This document shows positions 23,702 through 36,511 of a DNA stretch of 64,000 bases, piece by piece. Origin of the DNA: Eledone cirrhosa (Eukaryota). The translations under genes and the position numbers were made by a program. Positions within the stretch are counted from its first letter, which is position 1. The number at the start of each line of letters is the position of its first letter. The notes beneath the pieces were generated by a model, which was given only the letters and a program-made list of their open reading frames with translations, did no database searches and was not told the DNA's origin. The stretch lies in assembly GCA_964016885.1 (NCBI GenBank), contig OZ024753.1, positions 7,874,001 through 7,938,000 of the forward strand. The letters run 5' to 3'.

Positions 23702-24000
23702 CATCATCATCATCATTTCATCATTTCATTTTACGTCCACTTTTCCCTGCTTGCAAGGGTGGGACGGGAACTGATTCTGGCTTGATTTCTACAGCTGGAT
23801 GCCCTTCCTAACACCAACCGCATTTACAGTGAGTGCTGGGTGCTTTTTTTTTTCAGTGGCATGATAGGGACCCCAGTCCCTATCATCTTATTTCTACAGC
23901 TGAGTAAACTGGAGCAATGTGAAATAAAGTGCCTTGCTCAATGAAACAACACATCAACCTTTCGATTGCAAGGCCAATGCTCTAACCACTAAGCCATGTG
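23702..24000 (-). mobile_element. tRNA-derived SINE with RTE tail (near-full copy with deletions)
   Basis: Collinear with 59232-59569. Confidence 0.9.
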
Positions 24001-24826
<826 letters not shown>

Positions 24827-25034
24827 AGGATACCATTTGGGAATTGCAGTAACTGAAAACTGTTTGTTTCCCAGATAACTAAAGTAATAACTTGAATACT
24901 AAGAAACTTGTCTAAGTTTCTAGAATCTTGTTGCTTTGCTGACCTTTTGTTTGGAGCTAAAATTCCCATGGTATCGGACAATATTGCCTGTAATTGAACT
25001 ATATTAAAAACATGAGAGATTCACATGATATTTT

Positions 25035-25575
25035 ACTACTTCAACTACTACCACCACCACTGCTGCTGCTGCTGCTACTACTATTACTACTACCACCACT
25101 GCTGCTCTTGCTGCTGCTACTATTACTACTGCTACTACTGCTACTACTGCTACCTCTACCACTACTAGTACTGTAACTATTACTGCTGTTACTACTACTA
25201 CTACTACTATTACTACTACTACTACTACTACTACTACTGTTGTTACCACCACTACTACTACTACTACTGTAAATACTACTGATGCTGTTACTGTAACTAT
25301 TACTGCTGCTACTGTTATTACTACTGCTGCTGCTGCTACTACTACTACTACTACGACTACTACTACTACTACTACTTCTACTGATATTACTGCTGCTGCT
25401 ACTACTATTAGTAGTACTACTGCTACTGCTACTACTACTACTACTGCTGCTGATGTTACTGTTACTACTACTACTACTATTACTATTACTACTTCTACTA
25501 TTACTACTACTACTGCTACTGTTACTACTGCTACTACTACTACTACTACTACTACTACAACTGCTGATATTACTG

Positions 25576-25606
<31 letters not shown>

Positions 25607-25607
25607 C
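25035..25607. repeat. (TAC/TGC)n triplet repeat
   Basis: Directly visible. Confidence 0.97.
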
Positions 25608-25631
25608 CAGTTACCAGCAACCATAGCTATA

Positions 25632-25830
25632 ATGGTTTCTACTATAGGCACAAGGCTAGTAATTTGAGGAGAGGGGGAAATTCGATTAAATTGACCCCAG
25701 TGCATTACTGGTACTTTATTTTATCGACCCCCGTAAGGATGAAAGGCAAAGTTAACCTCGGCGGGATTTGAACTCGGACCATAAAGAGCCATAACTCTAT
25801 GCTGCAAAACATGGTGTCCGACCCTCTACC

Positions 25831-25832
<2 letters not shown>
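25632..25832 (-). mobile_element. SINE-B long variant
   Basis: Carries extra GAGGAGAGGGGGAAATTCGATTAAATTGACC segment absent from most copies. Confidence 0.9.
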
Positions 25833-25857
<25 letters not shown>

Positions 25858-25863
<6 letters not shown>

Positions 25864-25915
25864 GGTATGCTCGCCTGCGACACGGGCGGCCCAGGGGGTT
25901 CGATTCCCCGCTATG
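25858..25915 (+). pseudogene. tRNA-Gly(GCC)-derived pseudogene fragment fused to an RTE-type tail (25922-25985)
   Basis: TGGTATGCTCGCCTGCGACACGGGCGGCCCAGGGGGTTCGATTCCCCG matches the metazoan tRNA-Gly TGCTCGCCTGCCACGCGGGCGGCCCGGGTTCGATTCCCGG; anticodon mutated, acceptor stem lost. Confidence 0.75.
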
Positions 25916-25986
25916 TTTTCCGTTTAACCCATGCTAGCGTGGGAGATGGATGTTAAACGATGTTAATGATGATATTAATAATGATG

Positions 25987-26341
25987 CTTTTTTTATTAAC
26001 CACAAGGGTTTACACAAAGTAGACATTAAGGACAGTACAGCAGGACAATACAGGACGGTACAAATGGACATTTCTGCATGTAAAAAAACAAAAAAACAGA
26101 GGATGTAATAAAAAGAACAATGAAAAATTCCCCAATATGGGGGAGACTCCCGAGGGCCATCGTGGGTAAAGCCCATTAAAAAAAAGCCACGGTGACCCTG
26201 ACTACCAGGGCAATTGTCCTCTCCCAGTTTTCCACCTTCAATTTACAGGCATATACTCAGAGTAGGTCCATTCACTCAGGCCATTTTTACCTCTCTCACC
26301 CATCTTTCAACAAAAAGCTGGGAAGAGAGTACTTCCCTCTC
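25987..26341 (-). mobile_element. Tx1/L1-like LINE 3' fragment
   Basis: Minus translation EREVLSSQLFVERWVREVKMA..., then a UTR ending TAATAAAAAAAA. Confidence 0.5.
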
Positions 26342-26989
26342 AGGATGATATTGATAATAATGATGATGATGATGATAATATATTAATAATAATAATGATA
26401 TCAATAGTTTGAACAGTAAATGGTAATAAAATCAATTCCAATTTTTCTATTCTATTATTCCCCTCTTCCCTGATGAGTAGTATAAGTAAATTATAAGACT
26501 TTATGAGAGAATTACTTGGGAGAAAAAATAAACAAAACCTTCCCTAAAATGAATGAATATCTTCTAGAGACATTTATTATTATTTAGTGACTTTATTTAT
26601 AAGCTATCCATCTTTCTAATGACTAATAACGACTTACAAATAAATTTTCAATGTCAGTTTATTTGCAAATTTTGAAAAAAAAACGCAAAAAAAACCTCAC
26701 AAAAATAAATTGAAAAACAGCTACGAAAAAATATAAATGAAATATAACAAAGAATTTCCTACATAATTAAATAAAAACAAAATAAAACAAACAACAAAAA
26801 GCCAACAAAGTCCTTTATAATTTAGAATAAATATTCTAATATTCTTTCTACAAACAGTTTTGCTTCAGTTTTAAAATAGTTATATCTAGAAGCATATGTC
26901 AGTTTGTGAAATCTTTAGATTTATATATTTAGCAAGCAATATGTATAAATCTATCTTAAATGTTTTTAAATATATGAAAAATAATATTA

Positions 26990-26990
26990 C

Positions 26991-27056
<66 letters not shown>

Positions 27057-27230
27057 CGTGTGTGTGTGTGTGTATATATATATAAATATGTATGAGTGTA
27101 TATATATATATAAATATGTATGCGTGTTTATATATGTATATGTGTGTATATATATATGTGTATAGATATATATATATATGTTTGTATATTTATATGTATA
27201 TATGTGTTTATATATGTGTGTGTTTATATA

Positions 27231-27265
<35 letters not shown>

Positions 27266-27392
27266 GTGTATATATATATATATATGTGTATATATATATA
27301 TATGTTTGTATATTTATATGTATATATATGTGTTTATATATATGTATATATATATATATGTTTGTATATTTATATGTATATATGTGTGTGTT

Positions 27393-27423
<31 letters not shown>

Positions 27424-27692
27424 GCATGTGTGTATATATCATCATCATCATCATCATCATCTTCGTTTAACGTCCATTTTCCACGCTAGCATGGGTTAGA
27501 TGGATATATATATATGTATGTGTGTGTATATATACGTATACATATATATATATGTATATGTGTGTGTATGTATATGTGTGTGTATATATATATATGTATG
27601 TGTATATATATATATGTATGTGTATATATATATGTATATGTGTGTGTCTGTATATATATGTATATGTGTGTGTGTGTATGTATATGTGTATG
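26990..27692. repeat. (TA)/(TG) compound microsatellite with an RTE-type tail fragment at 27438-27502
   Basis: Directly visible; CATCAT..CGTTTAACGTCCATTTTCCACGCTAGCATGGGTTAGATGG. Confidence 0.93.
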
Positions 27693-28115
27693 TTTTGTTT
27701 TGGCATTTAATCAAAGATATTGATTAAAAAGAGACTGTTTTTTTTTGGGGGGGGGGACAAGAATCTGTGTTTGTCATGAAAGAACCTTTGCATTAATGCC
27801 AGTATATTGATGATTGTCACTTTATCAGCCCTGTGAGGATAAAAGATAAAACTGACTCTGACAGTATTTGAAATTATAACATTAATATTAAATATATCAA
27901 CTGTATTTTTTCTCAATAAATTTAAACACTGTATATACATCTGGCAACTGACTTGATAAACACCCACAAAATTATTAACCATTTTGCCAACAACAACCCT
28001 GAGCACCTTTTTGATTTCCATGTGTTTAACACGTGGACCTGCCTACAAAGTCAGAAAACAGCACAGATCCCATAAGACTTTTGGAAACATTTTTCCGCGC
28101 TCAGAGTTGCTGAAG

Positions 28116-28542
28116 CATGGAACAAACTACCTGCATCAGTTGTTAGCTGCTGAGACACTGCATCCTTTAAAACCTCCATGGAACAAACTACCTTCATCAG
28201 TTGTTAGCTGTCGAGACACTGCATCCTTTAAAACCTCCATGGAACAAACTACCTGCATCAGTTGTTAGCTGTCGAGACACTGAATCCTTTAAAACCTCCA
28301 TGGAACAAACTGCCTGTGTCAGTTGTTAGCTGTCGAGACACTGCATCCTTTAAAACCTCCATGGAACAAACTACCTGCATCAGTTGTTAGCTGTCGAGAC
28401 ACTGCATCCTTTAAAACCTCCATGGAACAAACTACCTGCATCAGTTGTTAGCTGTCGAGATACTGCATCCTTTAAAACCTCCATGGATCAAACCACCTGC
28501 ATCAGTTGTTAGCTGTCAAGACACTGCATCCTTTAAAACCTC
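28116..28542 (+). repeat. 61-bp x 7 tandem array from CR1 coding sequence
   Basis: CATG starts at 28116, 28177, 28238, 28299, 28360, 28421, 28482, 28543. Confidence 0.96.
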
Positions 28543-28654
28543 CATGCTTCTTGAAATTTACCAACATTACACCTGATATCGCCCCCTCCATACACACGCG
28601 CACAAGTATTTCATTTTCCTGACATTTGAACATTATTCTAAATACTATCCACAT

Positions 28655-28841
28655 AGCAGTGAATTGGCAGTATCAGTAGAGGGTCGGACACCATGCTTTG
28701 ACGCATAGAGTTACGGCCCTTGCCATTCTGAGTTCAAATCCCGCCAAGGTTAACTTTGCCTTTCATCCTTGCGGAGTCGATAAACTAAAGTACCAGTAAT
28801 GCACTGGGATAATTGCTGGCCTTGTGCCAAAAGTAGAAACA
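28655..28841 (+). mobile_element. SINE-B, near full length
   Basis: A-box-like TGGCAGTATCAGTAG, B box GAGTTCAAATCC; degenerate duplication ATTATTCTA at 28632 and 28842. Confidence 0.9.
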
Positions 28842-29286
28842 ATTATTCTATATATTATACATGCACCTTTGATGAGTTATAGTGCACCTGAGCACTGTAC
28901 ACAATAATTTCATTATTATTATACTTGAATATAAACTGAGGAATATGTTACCAAAAAATCGATGGTCAAAGCGCCAGCCTAGTTACACACTGTCTCATGA
29001 TGAATCACCCTGAGAATTATGTTAAGGGTGTATATGTCTTTGGAAAGTTTAGGTACTTACCTCTAATCTCGTGAACAGGTTCTGTTGTCAAACAGTTGGT
29101 TTGGATTTTGGCCCACTTCTCAGACATAAAATAGCAGGGCTGGCTTATATTCAAGTATATAGGGTAAGTAAGAATATTTTTTTCTCCTCAGAAACACTCC
29201 TATATAAGCGAGATACGGTCACCCAACTCAACTTGCTTCTAAATGGAACCCATCTAACCCATGCTAGTGTGGAAGGGAGACATTAA

Positions 29287-29494
29287 CCCTTTAATGTTCA
29301 AGCCGGCCAAAACCGGTCAGAATTCTGTTGAAACTGGCTGTAACAGGTTGCTCAAACTTATGTTAAGGTATTGTTCTCAAAATAAATACTTTCAAAATTT
29401 CATAGATTCAATATTATGTGAGATAATTGTGAGGTAAAGCCTTTACCATGAAAATATAATAGTATATATATAGAGTAATGTAAATGTTAAAGGG
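29287..29494 (+). mobile_element. Uninterrupted piggyBac-type MITE, 208 bp
   Basis: TTAA 29283-29286 and 29495-29498; CCCTTTAATGTTCA / TAAATGTTAAAGGG; inserted into an RTE-type tail. Confidence 0.93.
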
Positions 29495-29691
29495 TTAATC
29501 AATGATGATAATTTCAAGACTGTCTCAAAAAGACATCTCCACATAAGGAGAGAAGTGATCAACATGAAACCAGGCCTCATTCTCTTACCAAGTGGCATGG
29601 AACTTGTCAAATTGGACTATGGAAATGATGTTTCCACTGGTCTTTCCACTGCTGATACAATCTTCTAGTCGCAACTCCTGGTATCTCTATA

Positions 29692-30705
29692 TCATCATCA
29701 TCCTCATCATCGTTTAACGTCCATCTTCCATGCTAGTATGGGCTGGACGGTTTTGTCCCACTTGTAGCGAGATTGGATGCCTTTCCTAACACTAACCACA
29801 TTTACAGTGTGGACTGCGTGCTTTTAGCTGTGTCATCTACATGGCCACTTTACAGTTTGCACTGGGTGCTTTTAGCTGTGTCATCTACATGGCCACTTTA
29901 CAGTGTGGACTGGGTGCTTTTAGCTGTGTCATCTACATGGCCACTTTACAGTTTGCACTGGGTGCTTTTAGCTGTGTCATCTACATGGCCACTTTACAGT
30001 TTGCACTGGGTGCTTTTAGCTGTGTCATCTACATGGCCACTTTACAGTTTGCACTGGGTGCTTTTAGCTGTGTCATCTACATGGTCACTTTACAGTGTGG
30101 ACTGGGTGCTTTTAGCTGTGTCATCTACATGGCCACTTTACAGTGTGGACTGGGTGCTTTTAGCTGTGTCATCTACATGGCCACTTTACAGTTTGCACTG
30201 GGTGCTTTTAGCTGTGTCATCTACATGGCCACTTTACAGTGTGGACTGGGTGCTTTTAGCCGTGTCACCTACATGGCCACTTTACAGTGTGGACTGGGTG
30301 CTTTTAGCTGTGTCATCTACATGGCCACTTTACAGTGTGGACTGGGTGCTTTTAGCCGTGTCATCTACATGGCCACTTTACAGTGTGGACTGGGTGCTTT
30401 TAGTCGTGTCACCTACATGGCCACTTTACAGTGTGGACTGGGTGCTTTTAGCTGTGTCATCTACATGGCCACTTTACAGTGTGGAATGGGTGCTTTTAGC
30501 TGTGTCATCTACATGGCCACTTTACAGTGTGGACTGCGTGCTTTTAGCCGTGTCATCTACATGGCCACTTTACAGTGTGGACTGGGTGCTTTTAGTCGTG
30601 TCACCTACATGGCCACTTTACATTGGACGGAAATGGGTGGATGGAGTAGGGGCTTTGGGGTAGGGTGTATATTGGGTTAAGAGGTACCTACTGACTTTAG
30701 ACTTA
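29692..30705 (-). mobile_element. RTE-tailed SINE containing a 48-bp x ~17 minisatellite (29801-30622)
   Basis: Unit TTTACAGTGTGGACTGGGTGCTTTTAGCTGTGTCATCTACATGGCCAC; flanks collinear with the copy at 46107-46560. Confidence 0.9.
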
Positions 30706-30796
30706 AGTTTGTATATCTGACTAAATTTATATTTTCGATAAAGTAGTTGGCCATGAGAAGAGCGCCCAGCCATAGAAAGACAATCCCCAATCAAAA

Positions 30797-30906
30797 TATA
30801 TGTGGAAGGTGTGGGCCTAGGAAAACATGGGATGAATTAGCGAGGACCAATCTTAGGAAGTTGGACTGGATCTCACCACACAGAGATCACATTGGACAAT
30901 GATGAT
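30797..30906 (+). mobile_element. Degenerate RTE C-terminal fragment
   Basis: CGRCGPRKTWDELARTNLRKL followed by GATGAT. Confidence 0.5.
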
Positions 30907-30921
30907 TGGTGACAATTTATT

Positions 30922-31240
30922 ATTTCACATAATATCTTACATATCTAACATAATATCTTGCATATCTTACATAATATCTTACATATCAAACATAATATCT
31001 CAGATAATATCTCACATAATATCTCACATAATATCTCACATAATATCTCACATAATATCTCACATAATATCTCACATAATATCTCACATAATATCTCACA
31101 TAATATCGAATCTATGAGATTTTGATATTATTTATTTTGGGAGCAGCAGCACCATAACATCAGTATGATTGGCAAATTAGGGCTGAATTGAACAGGAAGA
31201 GGTAGAGAGAATTCTGGCTGGATATGGCTGGTTTAAATGT
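30922..31240 (-). mobile_element. piggyBac-type MITE fragment with (ATAATATCTCAC)n array (30925-31107)
   Basis: Array abuts GAATCTATGAGATTTTGATATTATTTATTTTG as at 6500. Confidence 0.88.
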
Positions 31241-31771
31241 TTTTATTCAGCAAAATTTCCTGACAAACACACATACACAGCAAGCAGTATTGTGACTTAC
31301 ATATTCTGAGTGAAAACAGAGAGAGATGGCTTTAATCTTATTTTCTCTAGATGGATTTATTTCAGCTTATATTGTTGGCTTTGTTATTTTTGTTATTTTT
31401 ATTTTAGCAATAGCTTTATATTTGTTTACTAATGTACTGAAAACATGTAAAGAATAAGTAGACTGCTAGCAGTCAATACATTTACACTGAAAATGATAGA
31501 GGGAAAAAAATTGAAAATATATTACCATATTACTAAGGTAGACCAAATGGACTGTCAAACAAAATGAATGTGTATATATATATATATATATATATGTGTG
31601 TATGTGTGAGTGTATATATATATATATATATATATAAATATAAATGTGCCTGTGGGTGTATATATATATATGTGTGCGTGTGTGTGTGTATATATATATA
31701 TGCGTGTGGGTGTATATATATATATGTGTGGGTGTGGGTGTATATATGTGTGTGTGTGTGGGGGGGGTGTG

Positions 31772-31806
<35 letters not shown>

Positions 31807-31813
31807 ATATATA

Positions 31814-31862
<49 letters not shown>

Positions 31863-32822
31863 GAATATAAATAAATGACATAAAAAAATTGAAAATGTGA
31901 TGCAAAAAAAAAGATGAAAAAAAAATATAAAAAAAAATATTAATAGCAACAACAACAACAACAACAATAATGCAGAGAAAAACAAATGGAAAACCATAAC
32001 AACAACAAGAACATATGAAATTGCTTGGTTTCAGAGACTAATAGATGAATAAGAATAAAAATTGACTAGAAAACATATTGACAAGAACATGGTAAAATAA
32101 AATGAAATAAATATTCATTGATTGGGGTGGTGGAGGCTGGGGTGGGGTTATTCTTTGGAGGATGTTGTAGCCTTGTCAACTGTGGGTAGGTTTAGCTGTA
32201 TAATTCTCATTTTGTTTGACTAGCATGATAGAATGGCAACATGGCAGCATTTTAAAGTAAAATATGAGAGCATGTTGTCTATTAAGATGGGGTGTGTGTA
32301 TGTGTGTATGTGTGTGTGGATGGGTGTTGTTTTGTGTGTGTTGTGCTGAGTTCGTGTGTTGTGTTGTGTATTATGATGGATTTGTGTGTGCATCTGTGTA
32401 TCTCTGTTTGTGATATATATATATATATATATATATATCACAAAACATCTTTCTATCACTTCATATATTTTAAAATTCAATATGAATACATATATATTTG
32501 CACATATACACATGTGAATATATACATACATGCATGTGTATATATATATATATATATATATAAATATATGTAAATATATATATGTATACATATAAATATA
32601 TATATTTACATATATCTGTGTTTGTGAGTATATATATATATTATTGGCAACATGACCCTCCCAAAGTATAACAATATGTATATATATATATATTTATATA
32701 TATATATATATATACTCACACACACAAAGATGTATATCCATCTCATTTTCTCTCTCTCTCTCTCTCTGTATATATAATATATATATATATCATCACATCC
32801 ACTTTTCCATGCTTGCATGGGT

Positions 32823-32854
<32 letters not shown>

Positions 32855-33444
32855 AAATGCAACTTATATTTCTACCGGTATTATTACTAGTCTTTGGAAA
32901 TTATAATTTCTGAAGAATTCCTTTATCATCTCACATTTCAGATCAAATTATATTTGCTTTTCAAATGCCTGATCATTTTCATGAAAAGAATTGACAGCAT
33001 GCCAATCATAGAACTTTGTACTTGCTAATGTCCTGAAAAACTTCCATTCAGTGTTACCGAATAGTATTGTAAATATTTGAACATTTCATACAGATAAACA
33101 ATGTGTGTATGTGTGTGTTTGTGTGTGTATATACACACACATATTTATAGAATAGTTTCATAGTTAATTGGTCAGAATTAGTTAGTTGTAGAGTTGACCA
33201 ATTGATGTAGCAAAAGGTGTTTTTAGTATACTGGTATAATTTCAGTAAACCATTTTCTCCAACCAACTAACCCAAAACTGAATTGTCCATTTTTTTTTTT
33301 TTTTTACAAAAGCGCCTTCATGGCACTTACACTCACCTACTTTGACGTATTCAGAATATAAGTTGGCGACATCTGACTTTGAAAGAAATATATTCCGGCC
33401 TCCCACGCATATTTGTCGTTGTATGTAAAAGGAAAGTAAGATTT

Positions 33445-33958
33445 GCTAGCCACTGCCATCTATGAGGCTGTGTTGCCTTCAGTGCTTTGGAAACCACAAG
33501 CAGTCACATAATAACAGGGGGCGCAAGGTCTCCTATCCTGATTTGCTGGTCACTGCCATTGTGCCACCTCTGAGGCTGTGTCCCCATTACTGCTTTGGAC
33601 ACCACAAGCTGTCACATAATAACAGGGGGCACAAGGTCTCCTATCCTGATTTGCTGGTCACTGCCATTGTGCCACCTCTGAGGCTGTGTCCCCATTACTG
33701 CTTTGGACACCACAAGCAGTCACATAATAACAGGGGGCACAAGGTCTCCTATCCTGATTTGCTGGTCACTGCCATCGTGCCACCTCTGAGGCTGTGTCCC
33801 CATTACTGCTTTGGACACACCAAGCAGTCACATAATAACAGGGGGCACAAGGTCTCCTATCCTGATTTGCTGGTCACTGCCATTGTGCCACCTCTGAGGC
33901 TGTGTCCCCATTACTGCTTTGGACACCACAAGCAGTGACTAATAACAGGGGGCACAAG
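33445..33958 (+). repeat. 108-bp x ~4.7 tandem repeat
   Basis: CATAATAACAGGGGG at 33507, 33615, 33723, 33831. Confidence 0.95.
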
Positions 33959-34120
33959 CTGCAAAGGGTGGTGTGAGTTGACTTAAAAATCGCTGAGACT
34001 CACAAAGGAATTGATGAAGGAATGCAATGAGTAGAGAGAGGCTTTGCTGAGAGAAACCCATCCATGCATGGAAAAACAGGCGTAAAAACAATGATGATTA
34101 TATATATACATGTATATATA

Positions 34121-34207
<87 letters not shown>

Positions 34208-34321
34208 ATATATATATATATATAGTGGTAGAACACTGGAAGGTAATATCCGTAGTGGTAGAGCACTCAGTCCATGGGACGAGTTAGGTAGAAATGGTTA
34301 AACAGCAGTTAGTTCACCATA

Positions 34322-34355
34322 CCGAGAACAATTGTTTCACCTTAGCGGATCCTCA

Positions 34356-34356
<1 letters not shown>
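34322..34356 (-). ncRNA. 5'-truncated minimal hammerhead motif in a (TA)n-flanked island (34225-34358)
   Basis: Minus strand GTGAGGA-T-CC-GCTAA-GG-T-GAAAC-AATT-GTT^CTCGG; palindromic tetraloop; first core base and 5' strand of stem I lost. Confidence 0.55.
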
Positions 34357-34443
<87 letters not shown>

Positions 34444-34497
34444 GTATCCATATTTTTAGTAGGCTTAGTTTTTCCTGATATCCTGCTTATATATATA

Positions 34498-34577
34498 TAT
34501 TACCCACTCTACTACCCTAACTATTGAGTACTTCGGTGCGTTATGGTCCACCTGGTTCCTTACCACATTTCCTTCGT

Positions 34578-34578
<1 letters not shown>
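34498..34578 (+). mobile_element. (TA)n-embedded dispersed repeat, homologue of 7596-7712
   Basis: See 7596-7712. Confidence 0.75.
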
Positions 34579-34609
<31 letters not shown>

Positions 34610-35089
34610 CGTGTATATGTGTGTGCGTGTGTATCTATATATATGAGTGTGCGTGTGTGTATATATATGTGAGTGTGTGTATGTATATGTGTGTGTATGT
34701 GTGTGTGTATGTGTGTATATATGTGTGTGTGTTGTAAAGCATGTGTGTGTCAGTATTGACTACAGTTTAATTGTGTGTACTTTGAACAAACCTTTCCGTT
34801 ATTATGGATTTCTAGATCATAACACTCTTTGTTGCATTCGATGGATTGGCAATAAATGAAATGGATTAAAATTCATGTTTTTCTCAGCACCCTGGGAATT
34901 CACAGCTAACATTATTCACACACACACACACTCTCACACTCACAGACACACACACTCACACTCACACTCACACACTGGTGGTTAAATGACTGCTCTCTTA
35001 TTCCATTGATTTATCATGTGATATGACAGGAGGCACAACAATTGTGGTTTATATATGCTAAATTTGAAGGTAGAAATCTGTGTAGTCCT

Positions 35090-35518
35090 CTTAATGTAGT
35101 GGTCTTTATTGTAACCTGGTCTATAACAGATGTGTGGTGGTCTTAGTGTGGTGGTCTTAGTGAAGTTGTCCTAGTGTGGTTGTCTTAGTGTAATAGTCTT
35201 AGTGTGATTTTCTTAGTGTGGTTGTCTTAGTGTGGGGGTCTTAGTGTGGGTGGTCTTAGTGTAACTTGGTTATAAATCCTGTCTGATTGTCTTAGTGAGG
35301 TGGTCTTATTGTGGCAGTCTTAGTGTAACCTGGTCTATAACTCATGTGTGGTTGACTTAGTGAGGTGGTCTTATTGTGGCAGTCTTAGTGTAACCTGGTC
35401 TATAACTCATGTGTGGTTGACTTAGTGAGGTGGTCTTATTGTGGCAGTCTTAGTGTAACCTGGTCTATAACTCATGTGTGGTTGTCTTAGTGAGGTGGTC
35501 TATAACTCATGTGTGGTT
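35090..35518 (+). repeat. ~14-bp GTCTTAGTGTGGTG repeats evolving into 65-bp x 3 units
   Basis: TAGTGTAACC at 35321, 35386, 35451. Confidence 0.9.
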
Positions 35519-35557
35519 CAATCACAGCAGATGCTTCTGTCATGTTCTATGTAGTGG

Positions 35558-35745
35558 GGAGGCATGTGGCTTGGTGGTTAGAGAGTTAAATTCATAATCT
35601 TGAGATTGTGAGTTTGATTCCCAGACTGGCTGTAATGTTTGTCCTTGAGCAAGACATTTTATTTCACATTGCTCCACTTAACTCAGCTGTAGAAATGATA
35701 AAATGTTACTGGTGCCAAGCTCTATTGGCCTTTGTCTTTCCCTTT
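35558..35745 (+). mobile_element. tRNA-derived SINE head and core
   Basis: TGGCTTGGTGGTTAGAG (A box), GAGTTTGATTCC (B box), GTCCTTGAGCAAGACATTTTATTTCAC. Confidence 0.85.
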
Positions 35746-36017
35746 CATGAGATCATATATAGTATAGAGAGATGTGTATGTATTTAGTGTGTTTTGTGAC
35801 TTCACTGGTGCCAAGCTATATCAGCCTTTGCTTTTTCTTTGCACTACATAGAAGGCATTAATTGTGTCAGGCTTAGCAAGCTGGAGATGGAAAATAAACT
35901 TGCTAACAAAAACAAACAGAAGACCTTGTTTTGGAGGAATTTCTGAACTGATAGGCCATAAACCTATCTGGTGTTGGATGATGAAGATGAAGATTTTATG
36001 TGTATATATATATATAT

Positions 36018-36182
36018 ATCATCATCATCATTATCATCATCGTTTAACGTCTATCTTCCACGTTAGCATGGGTTTAGACAGGAATTATCCCACGTGAGGC
36101 AAGATTGGTCACCTCGCTCATATGGTGTCTGGCAGGTTTTCTACGGCTGGATGCCCTTCCTAACACCAGCCACGTTTACAGT
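36018..36182 (-). mobile_element. RTE-tailed SINE 3' fragment
   Basis: CATCAT..CGTTTAACGTC..CTGGATGCCCTTCCTAACACCA. Confidence 0.85.
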
Positions 36183-36456
36183 TTATATATATATATATAT
36201 ATATATTATAGGTTAACACAAATCAATATATTTGATAAACACAAATATCCTCATATTTATGTTTGTATTGTAAATGACCAAGTTAGCTAGATAGAAATAT
36301 ACTAATAATAATATTACAGTTTGCCTATCATGACTTAAGATAATACATCATAAATCAACAAAAACAAATTGTATTGGCAATGGCCGTAGTGCTTGGACAA
36401 ATTTAAATTTCAAAATCAAACCTGTTCCGTAGACATGTTTAAACCTTAAAATCCAA

Positions 36457-36511
36457 ATATGTTTCGAATAATGAAAAAGTGGAAGAAAATACCGCTTTTT
36501 GATCTCCTCAG
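36457..36511 (-). ncRNA. Degenerate hammerhead-like motif
   Basis: Minus strand CTGAGGA-GAT..AAAAAG.GG/CC.CTTTTT..ATTC-GAAAC-ATAT; cleavage triplet and stem I missing. Confidence 0.4.

Larger units (their letters stand above)
28018..28921 (+). mobile_element. CR1-clade LINE 3' end with internal 61-bp array and SINE-B insert
   Basis: Homologous to 21690-22011 from TRG.AYK.RKQH to TGATGAGTTATAGTGCACCTGAGCACTG..(ATT)n. Confidence 0.88.

Noticed and set aside
24835-24987. Minus-strand open segment with possible splice sites
   Set aside because: Weak donor, no recognisable peptide, no compatible neighbouring exon established
25858-25915. Functional tRNA gene
   Set aside because: Acceptor stem and D arm incomplete, anticodon altered, insertion before the T arm
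26465-26530. CTGATGA followed by a weak hairpin
   Set aside because: No GAAA after the stem, so not counted as a hammerhead
29773-30680. 296-aa and 279-aa ORFs with 16-aa repeats
   Set aside because: 48-bp array inside a SINE
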